Source: Geosiphon pyriformis uo1
Lineage: Eukaryota; Fungi; Glomeromycota
Reading direction: 5' to 3'
NCBI GenBank assembly: GCA_016748015.1
Contig: JAAOMT010000708.1
Location: forward strand, 310,001-374,000
Length of the DNA: 64,000 nucleotides
Both the position numbers and the translations under genes were made by a program. Below, one piece after another: positions 14,121-24,278 of this stretch. How positions within the stretch are numbered: the stretch's first letter is position 1; each line of letters begins with the position of its first letter. Under the pieces are notes generated by a model. That model saw only the letters and a program-made list of their open reading frames with translations. It did no database searches and had not been told where the DNA came from.

Positions 14121-14991
14121 TGTTACTCATAGAAATATAAGGAATATATATTAGCATAGTTATTAACCAATCAGAAATAGATGTAGTAAAATGTGGAATT
14201 CCAGGATTCCTCTCAGGAATTGCAGGATTCCAAGAATTACAGAATTCTCACAAAGAATTGCAGAATTCCAGAATTCCAGGATTCTTCTCAAAAGAATTGC
14301 AAAATTCCAGGAATCTCAGGATTTCTGTTGTGAAGAATTGAGAAATTGAGGAATCTCAATTATGTATATATAGCAGTAGGATTAGAAGCTAAAAAAACAA
14401 ACCTCTCAGTTTAGATTTCATCTAAACAACTTTCCAAACCACAAATAAATAACTGTTTGTTATTTCAAATCTGCTGCCACTATCAACATAAAGTGTTGAT
14501 AGTAATTGATACTTAACCACACTGGAACAATAGCTCTTGATCACAGCTATTGACAGAATACTAACTTGCAAATTGCTTTGGCTTATTTATTTTCTTTCTT
14601 TATTTTCTTTTCTTTTCTTTATTTTTTGCTTTGATTTTATTGTTGTTTACTAACTCTATTGAAAATTAACATGTGGGGTACTGACGTCTGGATAAACGTG
14701 ACTGGTAAAAGACCCAAAAATAAGAGTAGAACACTCGATTGAGGATAGCTTACCAGGAAGAATACTGGCCATCAAGCTGAGAAAGAAATTGACAAAACTG
14801 TGGTTTTGGGAAGCTACAGATAAAACTATTACCATTGAATTTCTGTCCATTATACAAAAAACTCAACCAAACCCTTTGGATACAGACTTTTTAAACACCA
14901 ACCTTCAGATCACTATCAACTGCAATTAGATTTGAGCACCAAGTTACAGGTTTATTATTTAATCCAACACCAAAAATAGTCACTTGTAACA
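14121..14991 (+). repeat. 5' LTR of element B
   Basis: TGTTAC...GTAACA, direct repeat of 40537-41406, with a GGAATTCCAG-type tandem array at ~14195-14360. Confidence 0.95.
14361..14374 (+). promoter_or_regulatory. Putative LTR TATA box (TATGTATATATAGC)
   Basis: The same motif occurs at the equivalent position in both B LTRs, both C LTRs and H, directly after the U3 repeat array. Confidence 0.55.
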
Positions 14992-15050
14992 TTTGGTGCT
15001 TCCTGTAAGATATAATTCTACAAAGAACCAACACCAACACAAATCTAAAA

Positions 15051-18000
15051 GTGGCAGAATTAGAAAACATAGAAGCAAACCATCTAGAATTTGCAAAATT
15101 CTTATTTTAACACTACTGTCAACATTTGGGATTAAATCACAACCACATATCAGTGAAATCAGCTTTCAATTTCTACATCAACGAAAGAATTGCCTATCTG
15201 TTAGGAACACCAGTAAATATTGAATTGGCAAGAGAAGTCTTTTATAGTGAATTAATTCAAAATACCAACCTGCCAACAAATCACAATTTTGCCTCCATCA
15301 TCATGAAAATCAACAAAGAAATTGAACACCACAAACAGCAAAGATACATCATTACTTACACAAGCAAAGGCAAAGAAAAACTACAAACACCAGCAGTAAT
15401 ACTCAAAAGAATACAACTACCTACTTGGAAGAAAACAAGAGTTGAGTCCCTAACTAATCCATCATACTACTATACACCTAGAAGTGCCATTAATATTATA
15501 TCTACTGGCACAGCCACATCAAACACGACATCAGCATTTGGATGATTTTCATTTCAAAGTAAACAAAGAAAAGCAGAGTTATTAGGACCATATGGCACAT
15601 ATTTTGAAGGATTTAACTCGTGATTATCAATGTCATCAGGACTCCGATCACCATCGCTTTCCCCAGATTTCAGAATTTCTGATCTATGGGAAGTAACGGA
15701 ATCAGAAGAAAAGGAAGAAGAAGAAACTAAAGATCAAGAATTCACTTACCAGAACCCAATTGCTGAAAACCTAGAATTTGAAACCCCGAATCTTCAAACC
15801 CAGCAAAATCTAAACCCAGAAAATCCAGAAATCAAAATTTCAAATATTCAGACACTGCCAACTCAGGATAATCAAAACTCTGATTTAATAAATCAACAAA
15901 ACTTACCTCCAGTAATCATCATCAATTAACCACTGATTAATCCAATAGCTGAACCCATACAACTGCCATTTCAACTACCACCCCAACAACCCATGCAACA
16001 ACAACCACTTCAATTACCATCACAACAACCCAACTTAGATCCAATGGCTTATCCACCAATTGCAAAACTTGACAATTTTACCAGCGAAGAGGACAACGCC
16101 CAAATATGGCTCAATGATGTTGAAAAAGCCATAGTGGCCAATAGATGGAACAACAGTAAAGCTCTTTAAGCGATTTCCTATTTTCTCAAAAATACTGCCA
16201 ACTCGTAGTATCAGAGCCTAGCCACCAAACCACAAATCTTCAATGAGTTCAAAACAGAATTCTTGAGATACTTTAGTAATAACAATAGTACCAATCACTT
16301 AACCAACACATTTACTACCATCAAACAAGGAGACACAGAAGCAGTTACTACTTACTTGGGACGCTTCCATAGAAATCTGCGCCAAATTCAGGCAATTCAA
16401 GCTGATTATTTTACAGCACCACAGATCTTGAATCAGTTCATTAGAGGCTTGTGCAGTAGCATTCTTCAGCAAGTATGTCCAATGCATTCAGTTGACCTTC
16501 CAACCACTGTCACCCACGCCAAAGATTTTGAAGCAGCTGAGCTAGAAGCCAATTACACCCAAGCTGTAAATTTAGTGATGAATGGATCATCTGACTTGAA
16601 TTCCAAACTAAAACAATTCAGTGATACAATTAATCAGAAACTAGAGGGATACTTAGTTGACAATTATGCAATCTATCAACCACCACAACGACGCAATAAT
16701 TCAAGAAACACGAATTGTTTCCAAAATCAGCCACATCCATCAACATTATCATCATCATCATTACCCAATCAGTTATGGCAGCCAGAAACATGTATTTGCC
16801 ACAACTGTGGTAAACAAAATCACATTAGAGCCAACTGTCAATTTTATAGCAATAATCCATGATCGGAAAATCAATATTAAAAACCCGATCACAGATTTTA
16901 GACTCAGAATCACTACTCAAATCAAGACCAATATTAAACCACTTACCTGCCAATGACGCAACAACCAATCTATCAACTGCCAGTATATTAACCTCCAATT
17001 TATCAATCACAGCCACTGGTAATTTATCAGCCACAGCCCCAAATAATTTATCAGCCCCAACAACCAATTCAAACACCACTCCAAAATCCCATTCAAATGA
17101 CATCAGGAAACCCAAGACCTAGAATCACTCAAAACTGGAGATTGGCGATGGTTGTTCATTAACTGATTCTCAGCTCTTTTTACTAACTATCAGGCTTTTG
17201 ACAGTGGAATTTGGGTACTGGTTCCACCCAAAACCCGAATTCCCAGAACTATTTAAGTTTCCTGGTTACCCCAAAAGATGCCATCACCAACAACTTGGAA
17301 TTCAACCCACCTCAAACAACACTCACCAACAATATTCCACCAGCAATGATCACCAAAAATGAATCTCTCACTGCCATCTTTCCTTTTGAATTGGAGGAAA
17401 CCATCAACCCACTTTTGTTCAGTAAAGCAGTACTTAAAGAGAAACCCATCACTGTGATGTACACTGATATGAAAGTTGATGGTCACTTCATCAAACTGAT
17501 TCTAGATAGTAGATCAGCTGACAGCATCATCACAAGACAACTCATGGATCAATTAGGTTGCCAAGTTGATTGTGCTGCCAGCACCAGGATTATTATAGCT
17601 GATGGAGTGACCAAAACACCCATTGGAGAGATTGATGATTTCCCCATAAAAGTCAATGGCATTATAGTACCAATCAAAGTACTTGTCATGGAAGCCACTC
17701 AATACCAAGCACTTGTTGGGAATGACTGGCTGTCCAAAACTAACGTGACTTTAGATTGAAACACCCAAGAGCTTCAGCTTAGCCAGAACAGTTGACACAC
17801 ACGGGTACCAGCCACGTGTGGCCACTTCAAGCCCATTACCACACCATCAACACCACTTATCAAATTTAAGAAAGAAAAAGTGAAACCCACTTGGGAAGCA
17901 TACCAAGTCTCGTGGGCCGACGTCGACCACAACAAACTGCTACCAATACTCGTCTGTGACAACAATAACAACAAAAAGGAAAAACAAAGAGAAGAACCTA

Positions 18001-19570
18001 CCTGGGAAGCCACCATCAACACTTGGACTGACAACAACCAAAGCAAGATGCCACCAATGCTAAATTGGAAAGAAAAAAACAAGAAAAAAGGGAAAGGAAG
18101 GAAAGAAAACATACTTGAAGAAACCACTACTGTAGAAGAAATAACTAGTGGCTGGGAAAGAGAATACTCATGTGAACCAATAAAAGAGCTGCCATATATA
18201 CCTCTCAAATGCAAGGACTGTGAGAAAAAACTGTCCTCAATGGGAACTTGGGTAGTGTCAGAAGAAGACTACTGGACGCGAACCCATTATTATTGCAAGC
18301 TCTGCCATAGAAAACAATATGGCTATCCAAAAAGACAAAGCAAGTGGAACAACGAATCATGTCTTGCTTGTGGCAAACAATTACTTGATAAAGGAATATG
18401 AAATGACATTCCTAGTTAAAGAGGAACATGCGACACTTTGTGCTAATACACAATCCTCATCAGTGACTAAGTAAGTCATGGTACACCCATCACAGCAGCA
18501 TGGCACTGAGCTATATCTTGCCTAGATGGCTATCCACATGACAAGGATGAGATCTGGCGAATGGCCAACACCAAAGTAGAAGGTGCTTTGCTCAGTGAAA
18601 TTCTGGAGATCAAGAATAACTCTCCAAAACCAACAGACATTGTTTTGGTTCTCAATCTAGATGCCTTTATCGACTTAGAAAACAGCCCAAAAGAATTTCA
18701 TGAACACTATCAGAATCTAGCACTCATAAAAGAAGAGCAAAAGCAATGCTTAGAAGAAATCAACACTTGATTATGTGACCACTGTTTGATTCCATATAAC
18801 TTCCAATTCTGTAATGATTGTGACCTTATCTACAATTCACCATCACACATAATCTACACAATCCCTGAAGAAAAAGAACCAATTAACAGCTGCACATTAG
18901 AATTGGAATCAAGTTCCAACTCCAATTCAAACTCCAACAAAGATGATAACAAAAATAATAGTTCCAGCTTCATTCAAAATGGCTATAACAATGACAATAA
19001 TTCCAACTCAAATTCAAACTCTGATTTAAACTATGAACAATATATCGCACTCCTTGACCTCACTAAGAAACAAGAACTGAAATGGTTCAGTGATAATGAT
19101 GAAGGTATTATGCCAGAATGTGCACATAATACTGATGCAGGATTTGATCTAAGATATTTAGGAAAAAACGTCATCAAATTGGAACCCTATTCACGCACTT
19201 ACATTGATTTGAAAATAGCACTGGAAATTTTAACAACAACAATAGTTCAATTAGCATCTAGGAGTAGTTTAACAAAAAAGAGAATAAACATCAAAGGAAG
19301 AATAATTAATACAGAATATATAGAAAATATCATTGCTATGCTACAAAATGACTCAGAAAAGACTTATGTTATAGAGCTAAATGAAAGGATAGCACAGGCA
19401 ATATTCCTGCCTCTGGTTAAAATAGCTCAGTTAGTGTCAGTGGGAAATAGGGAAGAATTAGGGATAACAGCAAGAGGGATACAGGAATTTGAATCAACAG
19501 GTAGAATAGATATACCAGTCAATATGGTAGAAAAAGAAATTATTGGCCAAGAAAAAATTATCTCAACCAG
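15051..19570 (+). pseudogene. Element B gag-protease-Cys domain-dUTPase
   Basis: Gag (ORF 16263, zinc knuckle CHNCGKQNHIRANC), protease LILDSRSADS, Cys-rich CKDC/YYCKLC/CLACG, dUTPase DAGFDL..ASRSSL..IAQ..RGIQEFESTG. Confidence 0.9.
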
Positions 19571-20092
19571 TATTATCAGACAAAATTAGAGATATCATTT
19601 AGCATAAAACTATCTCATAATTCCTATCATTAATTAGCATATATTATTGTTTCAAATTATCACTTATTATATTAGCAAAGAATGTCCGAAATTATCATTT
19701 AATTAATAATCCAAATTGTACACAACACAAATGTAACCTAATTGCGATGATTAATCATGCAATACCCCGAACTATGTAACATTCAAAAGTTTGCCAAAAT
19801 TTATAGAAATTCGCCGAAATAATTGATAGTTCACCAAAATATCTAATAGTTCGCAGAAATAACTTGTAGTTCGCTGTTATGGAATGGTTTTCTTGTTATA
19901 TTTAATTGCTGATATCCCGCTTTAATTGCAATCAGTCTTTCGTGAGTTCCTCAATTCTATTTGTGTGATAATGTCACTGTTACACTGAAGGCTTTTTTTT
20001 TACTGTTGCAATGTAAGTTATTCTTTAATTCTTGATTGTTGTGTGTGTTTATGTACTCCTTCTCAGAGGCTGAACTGAAATCTACCCACTGT

Positions 20093-20288
20093 NNNNNNNN
20101 NNNNNNNNNNNNNNNNNNNNNNNNNNNNNNNNNNNNNNNNNNNNNNNNNNNNNNNNNNNNNNNNNNNNNNNNNNNNNNNNNNNNNNNNNNNNNNNNNNNN
20201 NNNNNNNNNNNNNNNNNNNNNNNNNNNNNNNNNNNNNNNNNNNNNNNNNNNNNNNNNNNNNNNNNNNNNNNNNNNNNNNNNNNNNNNN
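20093..20288. other. Assembly gap (196 N)
   Basis: Run of N. A second gap lies at 22031-22050. Confidence 1.
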
Positions 20289-20809
20289 TCAGCTGTTTTA
20301 ATAGCTCTAGCTTCTGGCCATTTGGTGAGATAGTCCATGGCTACTGCAATATAATGGTTGTTTCTTGTTGTTATTGGTAAGGGTCCAACTAAATCAATTC
20401 TGATTCTGTCAAATGGCTGTCCAACTTTTATTGGTCTTAATAATTCCATTGTTTTTGCTCCTCCTCTTCGTTGGCATGGGTCACAATTTCTTATGTATTG
20501 GATTATGTCTGAGCTCATTTTTGGCCAATAGTAACGGCTAGTTGCACGTTGGATGGTTACTGTTTTTCCAAAGTGGCCTGAATGAATATCTGAGTGCATG
20601 TTAAATAAAATAGTTTCTTTTTCATCCGTGGTTATAACTCTTAATGAATTATCTGGATTTTGTCGATTCCGGTAATAAAGTATGTGATTTTGGATGAAAT
20701 AGTGTTTTGCTAATTTTTGGAGCTTAATTAGCTCTTTTACTGGCATTTTTTCGTCTATTTGTAGTGTTTCCAAGTATTGGCTGAGGTTTTTGTAAAGGTG
20801 GTTGTTCAT
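20289..20809 (-). CDS. Element G stand-alone integrase (N-terminal part, truncated by gap)
   Basis: Own ATG (MNNHLY), HHCC zinc finger (HSDIHSGH...CDPC), core start RIDLVGPL...DYLTKWPEA. Confidence 0.9.
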
Positions 20810-20838
20810 TGTTGTTGTGGCGGGTGAGTTGGTGATTT

Positions 20839-22029
20839 TTATGTGTGTCTCATTCTTGACAAACAGTCGGCATTAGCATTTTTGGTACCTTCTTTGTATT
20901 TGATAATATAATCGTATGGTGCTAACGTTTGTGACCATCTGGCGTATTTTCCTTTTAGCGCTTTCTTGTTATTTAACCAGACCAGACCTCTATGATCTGT
21001 TGTAATCTCAAAGGGTTGGTACCGTAAATATGTGTCAAAGTGAACACAACTCCAGACTACTGCTAAGCATTCAAGGTCATGTGCTGCGTAGTTTTGTTCT
21101 GCCGTACTGAGACTTCTGCTGGCATAAGCGATTACACGTTCTCTTCCATTATCATCTTTTTGTGACAGAATGGCTCCAAGTCCAGTTCCAGAGACATCTG
21201 TGGCCAAAATGAATTTCTTGTTGAAATTCAGATAGATCATTATTGGTGATTCAATGAGCTTTTGTCTAAAGTACTCAAAAGCTTTTTGTTGTGCTTCAGT
21301 CCATTCAAACTTCACATTTTTAGATAGTAGGTAATTAAGGAGTTTGGCAATGTTTGAAAAGTTTTCTACAAAGCGGCGGTAGTAAGATGCGAGTCCTAAA
21401 AAGCTTCTAACTTCTGAGACGTTTCGAGGTACTGGAAAATTTTTCACTTTGTTTATTTTTGATGGATCTGGTTTTATTCCATCTTTTCCAACTACATGTC
21501 CTAAAAATGCTAGCTCATTTTTCTCAAAGAAACATTTTTCTAGATTTAGTTTAAGTCCAGCGTGTCTCAATCTCTCAAAAACTTGTTGTAAATGTTGGAG
21601 ATGATCTGTGAATTTTGACAAGAAAACATTTGTATTATCCAAGTAGACAACAACGGATTGCCACAGGATTCTGGAGTAAATTACGTCCATTAGTCTTTGG
21701 AATGTCGCGGGAGTGTTTGTTAATCCAAATGGCATTACATTGAACTTATAATTGTCATTTTGTGTTGTGAATGCTGTTTTATGCCTGTCCTTTGGGTCCA
21801 TTTCCACTTGCCAGTACCCACTGGTCAAGTCCAGTGTAGAAAACCATTTTGCTCCTCCAAAAACGTCGAAGATTTCATCAATTAACGGTATTGGGTATGA
21901 GTCTTTGGTTGTTTTGCTGTTTAGTTTGCGATAGTCGACACAAAATCTAATTTTTCCGTTCTTTTTCCTTACTAAAACAACTGGTAAGGACCATGGGCTC
22001 ATTGATGGTTGTATTATTCCTTTTTCCAA
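20839..22029 (-). CDS. Element G reverse transcriptase + RNase H
   Basis: RFCVDYRKLN, LDLTSGYWQV, MPFGL, YLDN (YLDD with G>A), RNase H ATDVS..G..LSQ, LECLAVVW, TDH, NADCLSR then stop. Confidence 0.95.
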   Translation of the reverse strand: MEKGIIQPSMSPWSLPVVLVRKKNGKIRFCVDYRKLNSKTTKDSYPIPLIDEIFDVFGGAKWFSTLDLTSGYWQVEMDPKDRHKTAFTTQNDNYKFNVMPFGLTNTPATFQRLMDVIYSRILWQSVVVYLDNTNVFLSKFTDHLQHLQQVFERLRHAGLKLNLEKCFFEKNELAFLGHVVGKDGIKPDPSKINKVKNFPVPRNVSEVRSFLGLASYYRRFVENFSNIAKLLNYLLSKNVKFEWTEAQQKAFEYFRQKLIESPIMIYLNFNKKFILATDVSGTGLGAILSQKDDNGRERVIAYASRSLSTAEQNYAAHDLECLAVVWSCVHFDTYLRYQPFEITTDHRGLVWLNNKKALKGKYARWSQTLAPYDYIIKYKEGTKNANADCLSRMRHT

Positions 22030-22247
22030 CNNNNNNNNNNNNNNNNNNNNATAAAAAGGTTAGTAAGTCCTATGAGAAACTGTTGGCAAGTTTCTGAGTA
22101 GGGCTCAAATATTAGGTCTTTTTCTTTAATTGTCCTTTTTATTCTTATTTCTGATTTTCCATATGGTAGGAGCGTGATGGACTGCTCATTTTTAATTACT
22201 TCGCCTTTTTCCTTTATTGTTTCAGCGAAATTTGCTTCAATTCCTTT

Positions 22248-22645
22248 TCCTGTCGATCCGAAACCAAAAGTTCCTCTCATTGTTTGTGACAATTCCTCAC
22301 GATTTTCCACTGGCACGAATTTCCCAATTTTTACCAATGGTAGGAAAATTGCTTGTGCAATCTTTTCCTTAGATTCAATAGTATAAGGCTTTTCTGAATT
22401 GTTCTGTAGCAAAACCATCAAATTTCCAGTGTATCCGGAGTCAATTACTCCTCCTTGAATGCTTATTCCTTTTTTCGCGAGGCTTGATCGCGATGCCATT
22501 TGAACCATTATTCCTGGCAGAATTTCAACCACTATTTTTAGGTCGATTTTGGTGATGCTCCTGGGTGGTAATGTTGTGGATTGGTCTTCCGGATAATGTA
22601 GATCGAATCTGGCGTCGGTTGGATGAGCTCTTTCAGGTATTATTC
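22248..22645 (-). CDS. dut: dUTPase domain within the G polyprotein
   Basis: All five trimeric dUTPase motifs: DARFDL (motif 1, normally AGFDL), RSSLA, GVIDSGYTG, IAQ, RGTFGFGSTG. Confidence 0.95.
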
Positions 22646-22814
22646 CTAAGTGCCCGTTGTCGAAGTATTGGATGTCGGTCACCTGTTCTAGGTTGGTATA
22701 GGCTACAAATTTTTCTGACTCGGGACCGTCAGGTGAGTCTTGTTGATTTATTGATTGATTTTGAGACTGCTGATTCTCAATTTCCATTTTTCTTTCTAAG
22801 TCCCTTTCGTCTTG

Positions 22815-23410
22815 ACACTCTTCACAGCACTGACTTTGGCATGGGATGAGACAGTTTTCGCAGAGATAAGTGTTGATTTGGGCGAGGTATTGTTCTTGCT
22901 CTTGTCGAGTGGGGCATAGTTGTTGGTAGTAGTCCTGGAATTCGTCCACTGGGTCGAATATGTTGTAGCTGGCGACTTTGTCGGCTACTTCGGCTGACTC
23001 TTTCCAATGTCGTATTTCTTCGGCAGTTCCTCCTCTTACTTTGGCTTGTGCGGTGTTGTACAACTCGTCCTCGTCGTGTGGGTAGTACTGTAGTCTTTTT
23101 AACGCTCTGTTGAACGCTGCTTCAAACGGCGTTCCTCCTCTTACCCAGTCACAGATGAGGATCGTGTATTGGCAAGTTGCGTCACACATTCCTCCTCTGT
23201 CTGGTAAGTCATTCCAGTCACACCCTCTTGGTAACGGTTCTCCACAAGCGAGGCACGGTTCCTCATCTTATTTTCCGTGTCTTTCTGGATAACCATATTT
23301 TTCTTTGTTACAACGGTTACAATAGTAGTGGGTGGGGTTTCTTGGGTCTTCATCCGGTGTGCTGCACGCAGTCATAGACGAGAGTTTCTTCTTGCAAACC
23401 GAGCATTCTA
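22815..23410 (-). CDS. Cys-rich putative zinc-binding domain between protease and dUTPase (G)
   Basis: CSVC..YYCNRC..PCLACG..CDATC..CENCLIPCQSQCCEEC, conserved in A, B, C and D. One internal TGG>TAA stop. Confidence 0.75.
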
Positions 23411-23423
23411 GCTTTGGTCTGTG

Positions 23424-24266
23424 TCACTGGTGGTTTCTTCGTGAACTTACCTGGTTCCATTCGGATCTTTCTTCGCTGGTCCACGTTGGTACGGCTGGTA
23501 GTCTTGTTCTTTGGTCATCAGCCCAAGAGAGCTGATAGGTTTCGATGGCTGGTAGTACTGGATTTTCCTCAAATTCGAAGGTAGGTCTTTGGTTGGCACT
23601 GGGTTTTTGGAAGTGGCCACAGGTGGCTGGAATTTTGGCCTGGTGGCCATTATAATTGATCAGAAGCTCTTGGGTGGTCCAGTCTAGGGTGGCGTTGGCT
23701 TTTGTTAGCCAGTCATTCCCTACTAATACTTGATATTGTGTAGCATCCATTACTAATACTTTTGTAGGTATTACTATGCCGTTAATTTCGAAAGGGAATG
23801 AGTCAATTTCGCCATAAGGCAGCTTTGTACTTTCATCGGCTGTTATGATTTGGGACGTCGCGGCACGATCAACTTTGAAACCCAGTTGGTTTACTAGTTG
23901 AAGCGTTATGATGCTTCCAGCAGATCCGCTGTCTAAGATAAGTTTGATTGGGGTATTGTTTACAGTGGCTTCCGTATACATAGCAGTGATTGGGCGTTTT
24001 TTGTCCAATGCTGCTTCATTGAACATAGCCTTGTTTTCCTCTAATTCAAAAGGAAAAATAGCTGCGAGGCTGCTATCTTCGGTGGCAACTGCTGGTGGTA
24101 TTGTCTGGCTCAATTTGGAGGAATTTTTGGTTCTGTTTATGTTCCTACTATCATTGTTTCCGATGATCAGGTTTTCCGGTATATTAAGGTAAGTTTGTTG
24201 ATAATTTTGGTAGTTTGGATTGGTTTGCTGATTGGTTTCAGTGCAGTTTGGATTCCTCTGGACCAA
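23424..24266 (-). CDS. Element G aspartic protease region
   Basis: LILDSGSAGS catalytic motif and LVGNDWL, in frame with gag. Confidence 0.92.
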   Translation of the reverse strand: MVQRNPNCTETNQQTNPNYQNYQQTYLNIPENLIIGNNDSRNINRTKNSSKLSQTIPPAVATEDSSLAAIFPFELEENKAMFNEAALDKKRPITAMYTEATVNNTPIKLILDSGSAGSIITLQLVNQLGFKVDRAATSQIITADESTKLPYGEIDSFPFEINGIVIPTKVLVMDATQYQVLVGNDWLTKANATLDWTTQELLINYNGHQAKIPATCGHFQKPSANQRPTFEFEENPVLPAIETYQLSWADDQRTRLPAVPTWTSEERSEWNQVSSRRNHQ

Positions 24267-24278
24267 TGCATTCTGGTT

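Noticed and set aside
14195-14360. Short repeats as a CRISPR array
   Set aside because: They are degenerate 9-10-nt units with no unique spacers or cas genes, and they are part of LTRs.
18786-19589. dUTPase ORFs as host dut genes
   Set aside because: They are in frame within retroelement polyproteins, between LTRs, and present in each copy.
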